Positions 29,431-37,444 of a DNA stretch of 64,000 nt are shown here, piece after piece. Both the position numbers and the translations under genes were made by a program. A model generated the notes under the pieces. That model had not been told where the DNA came from. It did not search any database and worked only from the letters and a program-made list of their open reading frames with translations. The DNA lies in the NCBI GenBank assembly GCA_965226545.1, contig OZ245364.1, positions 1,835,890 to 1,899,889 on the forward strand, in the 5' to 3' direction. Source of the DNA: Candidatus Poriferihabitaceae bacterium (GTDB lineage: Bacteria > Pseudomonadota > Gammaproteobacteria > Arenicellales > Poriferihabitantaceae). The stretch's first letter is position 1. Every line of letters begins with the position of its first letter.

Positions 29431-30762
29431 TTAATACATCTGGATTTGTGCATCACGCGCTTTTAATGCGGCGTTTAAGTATTCCATTGGACGGTCGCCT
29501 TTGATTGAGTTGCAGTTGCCGCAGAGTAACTGCAGATTATCCAGTTGCCATTGCCCGCCTTTTGAGTCGGGGTAAATGTGGTCGATATGAAAATGGCGCG
29601 GATGGTCGAAGTGAGTTCGGCAGCCGTTGCAATTGCCGGCTTGTTCGCCATAAAAATATTTGCGCACTTTTGCTTTGCTCCAATCGAACTTTTTTAAATC
29701 GGAACGGTGCGGCAAGGTTTCGCTTGCGACAAAATCGGTAAACAATCGTTTGACATCACCGTCATAACTTAACCGTTCGGCAACCAATTTTGCCGCGACA
29801 TCAGATATATCGACGCCAATCCAATTGCGATTAAGATTTTGCGCGGCAACGCAGGTGGTTGCGCAACCGCAAAACGGGTCCATCACAACATCGCCTTCGT
29901 TGGAACTTGCCTTGATGATTCGGTCGAGTAACGCCAACGGTTTTTGCGTCGGGTAACCGGTGCGTTCGAGTTTTGATATTTGTCCGCCGCTTGGAATGTC
30001 GTTCCACCAATCCGGCACAACTTTGCCTTTGCCAAAATTGGCTTCGACTTGTTCGTCGCTTCGTTCGCCCGGATAGTTGCGCATAATTCCTTTTGACCCT
30101 TGTTTGCCTTCGGTGAATTTGCGTCGGCTTAAAAATGATTCGCTGTAATCGACGCGCACCTCATCCTTATTAAATTCCGCCGCATTGGATTTTGCATAAA
30201 AAAGTATCGCATCGTGTTTACGCGGGAATTGTCTTTTGATGTTCGACGGCCCGGTGTAACACCAAACAATTTCATTGCGAAAGTTTTCCTTGCCGAAAAT
30301 GCAATCCAACAAAATCCGCAAATAACCGTTGGCGGTTGCATCGCAATGCAAATACAAATTGCCCGTGTCTTTTAATACACGATGCATCTCGATAATCCGT
30401 TGCGCCATAAACGTTAAATACGCCTTCATCGGCGCACCGTGAATCGCGCCGACAATTTGGATATACGAAAATAAATCGGCATGCTTATCCGCATACGCCA
30501 ACAACCGCTCATCAACATCATCATTCCAAGTCCAAATGTCGTGAAAGCCCGCTTCGATTTTCTTTTTGCCGCCCTTACCCGTGCCAATCGGTGCAGAGTA
30601 AATCCGCTTCGAATTAAACGGCGGGTCGAGATAAATCAAATCGACGCTGCCCGAGTTTAACCCGCGCATCACATCGAGATTGTCGCCGACGAATAACTTG
30701 TTGGCGGAAGTTGCCACGGTCGAGAATGCCTCAATTAAGGTTGACAATTCCCAACACCGCAC
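29431..30762 (-). CDS. Beta-class (N6A/N4C-type) DNA methyltransferase fused to a C-terminal HNH endonuclease domain
   Basis: Motif [13 protein letters not shown] lies near the N-terminus and motif [29 protein letters not shown] lies later, which is the beta-class order. The C-terminus [48 protein letters not shown] is an HNH with a CxxC...CxxC Zn finger. Start ambiguous: GTG at 30762 (ORF track) or in-frame GTG at 30717 preceded by GAGG. Confidence 0.8.
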   Translation of the reverse strand: MRCWELSTLIEAFSTVATSANKLFVGDNLDVMRGLNSGSVDLIYLDPPFNSKRIYSAPIGTGKGGKKKIEAGFHDIWTWNDDVDERLLAYADKHADLFSYIQIVGAIHGAPMKAYLTFMAQRIIEMHRVLKDTGNLYLHCDATANGYLRILLDCIFGKENFRNEIVWCYTGPSNIKRQFPRKHDAILFYAKSNAAEFNKDEVRVDYSESFLSRRKFTEGKQGSKGIMRNYPGERSDEQVEANFGKGKVVPDWWNDIPSGGQISKLERTGYPTQKPLALLDRIIKASSNEGDVVMDPFCGCATTCVAAQNLNRNWIGVDISDVAAKLVAERLSYDGDVKRLFTDFVASETLPHRSDLKKFDWSKAKVRKYFYGEQAGNCNGCRTHFDHPRHFHIDHIYPDSKGGQWQLDNLQLLCGNCNSIKGDRPMEYLNAALKARDAQIQMY

Positions 30763-30915
30763 GGTGTCGGGTCTTGCTTACTCAATGAGGCATTGAATTC
30801 CCGCTATTTCCACAGCCGCCGGTGACGGCGACAGACGGAATCGTCGTTGCCGACCATTCCACTACGGTGTTGTATTCACGGGAGGCCCGACGGGCGAGAC
30901 CTCATTAAGTAAGCG
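30717..30915 (-). ncRNA. Structured 5' leader of the MTase-HNH gene with alternative pairings (riboswitch/attenuator-like, class unassigned)
   Basis: Segment B (30776..30794) can pair with C (30900..30914; 15 bp) or with A (30725..30739; 14 bp plus 1 bulge). A contains the SD-like GAGG. The internal hairpins are 30837..30860 (GCAA loop on the minus strand), 30815..30832 and 30750..30771. Two positions are G-U on the minus strand but A-C mismatches on the plus strand, so the transcript orientation is minus. Confidence 0.5.
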
Positions 30916-30921
30916 CGACAA

Positions 30922-30950
30922 ATGTTACCCATTACGCCGCCCGCCGTCAA
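30922..30950 (-). promoter_or_regulatory. Sigma70-like promoter for the MTase-HNH leader
   Basis: The minus strand has TTGACG (30950..30945), a 17-nt spacer and TAACAT (30927..30922). The predicted start is a few nt upstream of the 5' strand of the outer helix (30914). Confidence 0.4.
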
Positions 30951-31031
30951 TCGCCACCCTTTCCCTTTACCGTCAATATCCCCTACAATGCCGCCCAACC
31001 ATCACCCGTCGCCAAACCAACAACGCACACA

Positions 31032-32102
31032 ATGTCCAACCCGAACCCATCGCAAACCACCACCGACGACCTGCGCATCGCCGCCATCACTCGCGTCGTC
31101 AACCCCGCCGAATTGGTTGCGCAATTGCCGATTGACGATGCGGCGATGCAGACCACCATCCAAACCCGCAACGCGGTTGGCGACATACTCGATAAACGCG
31201 ACGACCGATTGTTGGTGATTGCGGGGCCGTGTTCGATACACGACACAAAAGCCGCGCTCGATTACGCCGACCGATTGTTGCCGTTGATGAAAAAACACAG
31301 CGCTGACTTGTTGCCGGTGATGCGGGTTTATTTTGAGAAGCCGCGCACCACCGTTGGCTGGAAAGGGCTCATCAACGACCCGGATTTGAATGACACTTTT
31401 GACATTAATAAAGGGCTGGCGTTGGCGCGTCAACTATTGCTGGAATTAAACCGCAAAGGCGTCGCCGCCGGCACCGAATATTTGGACATCATCACGCCGC
31501 AATATGTCGCCGACCTGGTTTCATGGGGCGCGATTGGTGCGCGCACGACTGAGAGCCAAGTGCATCGTGAATTGGCGTCGGGGTTGTCGTGTCCGGTGGG
31601 GTTAAAGAACGGCACCAACGGCAACTTGGATATCGCCGTCGACGGCATTCGTGCGGCGAGTCGGCCGCATCATTTTTTATCGCTGACCAAAGCCGGGCAA
31701 TCGGCGATTTACACCACCACCGGCAACGAGCAATGCCACATCATTTTGCGCGGCGGCAAAAAACCGAATTACGATGCGGTGAGCGTCGATGATGCATGTA
31801 CAAAATTGCGCGACGCCGGTTTAAGCGAACGGGTGATGATTGATTTCAGCCACGCCAACAGCCGCAAACTGCCGGAGAATCAACCGGCGGTATGCGCCGA
31901 TGTCGCCTCGCAAATCGCGCGCGGCGATGCGCGCATCATCGGCGTGATGATTGAAAGCCACTTGGTCGGCGGACGACAAGAGGTTATCGATGGTCAAGCC
32001 AAAGTGTATGGGCAGAGCATTACCGATGCCTGCGTCGACATCGAGACGACTGAAAAAATGTTTGATGAGTTGGCGCAATCGGTTCGCGCGCGGCGTGGTT
32101 AA
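31032..32102 (+). CDS. aroG: 3-deoxy-7-phosphoheptulonate (DAHP) synthase, class I
   Basis: ...LLVIAGPCSIHD...MRVYFEKPRTTVGWKGLINDP...IDFSHANS... The isozyme (F/G/H) cannot be assigned. Confidence 0.9.
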   Translation: MSNPNPSQTTTDDLRIAAITRVVNPAELVAQLPIDDAAMQTTIQTRNAVGDILDKRDDRLLVIAGPCSIHDTKAALDYADRLLPLMKKHSADLLPVMRVYFEKPRTTVGWKGLINDPDLNDTFDINKGLALARQLLLELNRKGVAAGTEYLDIITPQYVADLVSWGAIGARTTESQVHRELASGLSCPVGLKNGTNGNLDIAVDGIRAASRPHHFLSLTKAGQSAIYTTTGNEQCHIILRGGKKPNYDAVSVDDACTKLRDAGLSERVMIDFSHANSRKLPENQPAVCADVASQIARGDARIIGVMIESHLVGGRQEVIDGQAKVYGQSITDACVDIETTEKMFDELAQSVRARRG

Positions 32103-32235
32103 TTAAGTTAAGTCACTTAATTAAGTTAATTAATTTAAACTACTTAACTTAACAAGTCACTTTGCCGTCACCGACACTGTCACTCGTCACTGTTACTGTC
32201 ACCTTAACTTCGCAACCACAACCCAAAACCGAACA

Positions 32236-33432
32236 ATGATTAAACCGCACGGCTCAGCGCAACTGCAGCCGAGATTTGTCGAAGACGAATCGCACAACGC
32301 CGCATTAACCGAGCGCGCCGCCACCTTGCCGCAACTGACCTTAACCTCCGCCGCCGCCGGCAATGCGGTGATGTTGGGCGGCGGCTATTTCAATCCATTG
32401 CCCGGCTATATGAACAAGGCGGATGCGTTAAGTGTCGCCAAAGATATGCACACGCGCGACGGTTTATTTTGGCCAACGCCGATTTGTTGTTTAACCAAAT
32501 CGCTCGATGCACTCGGCAATGCCGACGAAGTCGCCCTGCTCGACCCGAACATCGATGGCAACCCGCCGCTCGCGGTTTTGCATGTCGACGATATGCAAAA
32601 GTTAACCGATTCCGAAATGGAATTGTTATGCGAAAAAATTTACGCCACCACCGACCGCAATCATCCGGGCGTCGCCGAGTTTGTCGCGCAAGGTCGCTGT
32701 ATGTTGTCCGGCGCGATTGAGGTATTAAATTACAGTTACTTCGCCCGCGATTTCCCCGACACTTTCCAAACCGCCGTGCAAATCCGCGCGCAAATCGAAG
32801 CGAACGGTTGGCAAAAAACCGTCGCCTTCCAAACCCGCAACCCGATGCATCTTGCGCATGAGGAACTCTGCCGCATCGCAATGCAACGCATTGGCGCGGA
32901 TGGTTGCGTGATACACATGTTGCTCGGCAAATTAAAACCCGGCGACATTCCGGCGGATGTGCGCGATGCGGCGATTCGCAAAATGGCTGAGTTATATTTC
33001 CCGCCGGGCAGCGTGATGATTAGCGGCTACGGTTTCGATATGTTGTATGCCGGGCCGCGCGAGGCTGTTCTGCATGCATTGTTCCGCCAAAACATGGGCG
33101 CGACTCATTTTATTATCGGGCGCGACCACGCCGGCGTCGGCGATTATTACGGCGCCTTCGATTCGCAAACGATTTTTGATGAACAAGTGCCGGCGGATGC
33201 ATTGGCGATACAAATTTTCCGCGCCGACCACACCGCCTATTCGAAAAAGTTAAACAAGGTTGTGATGATGCGCGAAGCGCCCGACCATTCGCCGGATGAT
33301 TTTGTATTGCTGTCCGGCACCAAAGTGCGCGAGATGCTCAGCCAAGGCATCGCCCCGCCGGCACAATTCACCCGCCCCGAAGTCGCGGAAATTTTGATGG
33401 CGTACTATCGAGCGTTACCCACGGGAGATTAA
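32236..33432 (+). CDS. sat: Sulfate adenylyltransferase (ATP sulfurylase, Sat type)
   Basis: ...VAFQTRNPMHLAHEEL...HFIIGRDHAGVGDYYG... Confidence 0.85.
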   Translation: MIKPHGSAQLQPRFVEDESHNAALTERAATLPQLTLTSAAAGNAVMLGGGYFNPLPGYMNKADALSVAKDMHTRDGLFWPTPICCLTKSLDALGNADEVALLDPNIDGNPPLAVLHVDDMQKLTDSEMELLCEKIYATTDRNHPGVAEFVAQGRCMLSGAIEVLNYSYFARDFPDTFQTAVQIRAQIEANGWQKTVAFQTRNPMHLAHEELCRIAMQRIGADGCVIHMLLGKLKPGDIPADVRDAAIRKMAELYFPPGSVMISGYGFDMLYAGPREAVLHALFRQNMGATHFIIGRDHAGVGDYYGAFDSQTIFDEQVPADALAIQIFRADHTAYSKKLNKVVMMREAPDHSPDDFVLLSGTKVREMLSQGIAPPAQFTRPEVAEILMAYYRALPTGD

Positions 33433-33902
33433 TGATGACGGCGATGATGATGGTGATGATGTTCACGACGCTGCAATTGGTTGCGGTGTTTTGTAGCGGC
33501 GCATTTTTCGGCGCGGCGTTGTATATCTCGCTGGTGCAACATCCGGCAATGATGCAATGCGGACACTTAACCGCGCGACAATTTTTCCCGCCGATGTACC
33601 ATCGCGCCGCGCCAATGCAAATTACGCTTGCATTGCTCGGCACCGCCGCCGGCGTCTCGGTCTGGTTTCTCGGCGCGAGTATTCAGTGGCTCATCGGCGC
33701 ACTTTGTTTGCTGTCGTCGATACCCATCACGCTGATTCTCATCAAGCCGATTAACGATGCACTGTTAAAGGATACGCACGGCGCAATCGATGCAGACACA
33801 CTGATGTCACTCTTGCGTCGATGGGCGGCATTGCATTGGTTGCGCACCACTACAAGCGGCGTCGCCTTCATACTTTACCTCCTCGCCTTCGGCGCGTATT
33901 AA
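33432..33902 (+). CDS. DUF1772-like (anthrone-oxygenase family) membrane protein
   Basis: Four hydrophobic helices, ...IKPINDALL...WAALHWLRT... The ATG overlaps the sat stop (TAATG). The family name is from memory of the motif pattern. Confidence 0.55.
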   Translation: MMTAMMMVMMFTTLQLVAVFCSGAFFGAALYISLVQHPAMMQCGHLTARQFFPPMYHRAAPMQITLALLGTAAGVSVWFLGASIQWLIGALCLLSSIPITLILIKPINDALLKDTHGAIDADTLMSLLRRWAALHWLRTTTSGVAFILYLLAFGAY

Positions 33903-34868
<966 letters not shown>

Positions 34869-34933
34869 ATGTGTTGTTAATTAAGTTAACTTGATTTGTT
34901 AACTTGTTTTGTTAATTTGACGGTGAACGCGCC

Positions 34934-35476
34934 ATGAGTAACAAACCAAACAAACCGTTAAGCGACGATGAAAGCGAGTTGTTTCGTCGCGAGATGGAAA
35001 ACATGCGCGTCGAAGCCGGCGATTATGATGAAAACCGTGAACCTGACGAACCCAAACGTTCGACTGCGCGCACAAATAAAAGAATCCACCGTCGCCCGCA
35101 AGGCAACGAAGGCGTATTGGTAGACGAACAAACCGCCGGCGGTGATGTGAAATTCGCGCGCGGCGGCGTACAAGAGCGAATCTGGCGCAAATTAAAACGC
35201 GGCAATTTTTCCATCGATGCACGATTGGATTTACACGGCTGCACATCCGCCGATGCACGAAAATTATTGCGCGATTTTTTCGTCAATGAATGCACCGAAG
35301 AATCCGTCAAGGTGGTAACAATCATCCACGGCAAAGGCATGCGCAGCGGCGAAGGCGGCGAAGTGTTGCGCTCGTTGACTTACGATTGGCTTAAACAACA
35401 ATCGACAGTGCTCGCCTTCTGCTCAGCACAACCGCGAGACGGCGGCTATGGGGCGGTGTATGTTTTGTTGCGGTAA
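34934..35476 (+). CDS. Smr (MutS2-related small) domain protein
   Basis: C-terminal ARLDLHGCTSADARKLLRDFF...VVTIIHGKGMRS... Confidence 0.75.
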   Translation: MSNKPNKPLSDDESELFRREMENMRVEAGDYDENREPDEPKRSTARTNKRIHRRPQGNEGVLVDEQTAGGDVKFARGGVQERIWRKLKRGNFSIDARLDLHGCTSADARKLLRDFFVNECTEESVKVVTIIHGKGMRSGEGGEVLRSLTYDWLKQQSTVLAFCSAQPRDGGYGAVYVLLR

Positions 35477-35535
35477 CAAGTTAACAGTGCGTCGACAAGT
35501 AACATCGACCACGCAGTCAACTTAACCACTCAACC

Positions 35536-37374
35536 TCACCCCATCCCCAACGCCTTCAACTTCGCCTTATTCGGCGCACCGTTTTCATCCCAATCGCGCA
35601 GTTGATAATACTGCGGCAACAACACCTCCAACTCGACCACGCCGCCTTTGGCAAAACCGCTCGGCGCCGGGTCTTGTAACATTCGCGGCGGCAAGGTGTC
35701 ATCCGCGCGGGTTAAGCCGGCTTGCAGGTTGAACAACCGCTCGATAGTCCACACCCGTTCGCCAACTTCGCGCAAACGTTCCTCGCTCCATTCGCCTTCG
35801 CAATTGGCGTCGATAAGTTCGCAATATTCTTTTGCACCCCACGCGCCGCTGGTGAATAAACACAAGCCGGTCGAATCGACCATCGCAATGTGGTCTTGCG
35901 ATTCGCGGCAGGCTTTGGCTTTGCCTTTCGCGCCGGCGTCCGCCATATCCTCGCCGAAGGTGTCGTGTTTTAAATGGCACGCGCCGCGATTGCTGGTGGC
36001 GTAGCCAAGCCCCATGCCCTGCATCGCGCGTCCGTCGTAGCCGGCGAATTCTTGTCCTTTGGCGACCATCGCCAATTCGGGATGCCCGTATTTTTCGCAT
36101 AACAATTTCGACCCCAAGCCCAACTCGCGCCCGAAGCCCTGATACAACCCGGTCTTTTCCGACATCACCACCAACGCCTCGGCGTTGCCGAATCGCAAAT
36201 CGATGCCGTCGGTTTGTTTTTGCGTAATCGCGCCGAGTTCATAGAGTTCCATCGCCGCCGCCAACGTCACGCCAAACGATATCGGGTCCATTCCGTGTTC
36301 GTTCATCATAAAGCCGGCAAAGGTCAGCGCATCGATGTCGTCCACGCCAACCACCGGGCCAAACGCAAACGCGGTTTCATATTCCAGCCCGCCGGATGCG
36401 CCCCAATATTGCGGACGGTCGACGACGCTAAAATGAGTCGGGTTGATTTTGGCGATGCGTCCGCAGCCAATCGTGCAGCCGAAGCAGGCGGCGTTGGTGA
36501 TGAGGTTGGTGTGTCCGTCTCGCGTCGTAGTTTGCGATGCGCGCGCGTTGATGTTGGCGACGCCTTCGAACGACATCTTGCGAAAGTTTTCGGTCGGCAG
36601 CCCGCCGAATTCCTGCATCGTATCCATCATTGCATGCGTGCCGTAGCGAATCAAACCGCGCCGCGACCGGCTCTTGTTTAACGCGCCGTTTACTTTGGCG
36701 GCCACTTGCATAAACTTTGTTGCATCACCTGATGCGACGCCGACACTGCCAACCACGCCAATCGCCTTAAGATTTTTCGCGCCCATCACCGCCCCGACTC
36801 CAGACCGCCCGGCGGCACGATGCAGGTCGTTTACGACGCAAGCGTATTTCACCCCGCGTTCGCCGGCGACGCCAATCGCCGCAACTTTCATTCGCGGCTC
36901 TTGATGGCGGGTGCGCAGCCATTCATCGGTGTGCCAAACGGTGCTTCCCCAAATTTCATCCGCCGGCAACAATGAAATTTCATCGTTGTTGATATGCAGA
37001 TACATCGGCGTTTTTGCGCGTCCGCTGATGATGAGCATATCGTAGCCGGCATATTTCAATTCCGCGCCAAACTTGCCGCCGGAGTTCGAGCATGCAATCG
37101 CGCCGGTCAACGGCCCTTTGGTCACGACAACATATCGCCCGCCGGTCGATGCCATCGTGCCGGTCAACGGCCCGGTCGCAAATATCAGCGGGTTGTCTTC
37201 GCTCAACGCATCGGCGCGCGGATCCATTTCTTCGAAGAGATATTTCGATGCCAAGCCGCGTCCGCCGAGATATTGTTCAGCCCATTGGCGATTCAGCGGT
37301 TCGGTGGTGATTTTGCCGTCGCTGAGGTTTACGCGCGCGATTGTGTTTTGCCAGGTCATTTTTGCTACACTCAA
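35536..37374 (-). CDS. Aldehyde:ferredoxin oxidoreductase family (tungsto/molybdopterin) enzyme
   Basis: N-terminal ...IARVNLSDGKITTEPLNRQWAEQYLGGRGLASKYL... and C-terminal AOR-type domains (...CLFTSGAW..., ...DDTLPPRM...). Confidence 0.8.
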   Translation of the reverse strand: MSVAKMTWQNTIARVNLSDGKITTEPLNRQWAEQYLGGRGLASKYLFEEMDPRADALSEDNPLIFATGPLTGTMASTGGRYVVVTKGPLTGAIACSNSGGKFGAELKYAGYDMLIISGRAKTPMYLHINNDEISLLPADEIWGSTVWHTDEWLRTRHQEPRMKVAAIGVAGERGVKYACVVNDLHRAAGRSGVGAVMGAKNLKAIGVVGSVGVASGDATKFMQVAAKVNGALNKSRSRRGLIRYGTHAMMDTMQEFGGLPTENFRKMSFEGVANINARASQTTTRDGHTNLITNAACFGCTIGCGRIAKINPTHFSVVDRPQYWGASGGLEYETAFAFGPVVGVDDIDALTFAGFMMNEHGMDPISFGVTLAAAMELYELGAITQKQTDGIDLRFGNAEALVVMSEKTGLYQGFGRELGLGSKLLCEKYGHPELAMVAKGQEFAGYDGRAMQGMGLGYATSNRGACHLKHDTFGEDMADAGAKGKAKACRESQDHIAMVDSTGLCLFTSGAWGAKEYCELIDANCEGEWSEERLREVGERVWTIERLFNLQAGLTRADDTLPPRMLQDPAPSGFAKGGVVELEVLLPQYYQLRDWDENGAPNKAKLKALGMG

Positions 37375-37444
37375 TTTGCGTCAGTTAATCGGCTGTGCAG
37401 TGTCGCCGATTTATGCGGTTAAATCCACAATTGCGAGGTGATTG

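Noticed and set aside
30725-30914. Interpreting the A/B/C repeats upstream of the MTase-HNH gene as DNA inverted repeats of an invertible promoter switch, or as insertion target duplications
   Set aside because: No invertase/recombinase gene is nearby. The two non-Watson-Crick positions are G-U only in the minus-strand transcript, which favours RNA structure. Read-mapping for inversions would settle it.
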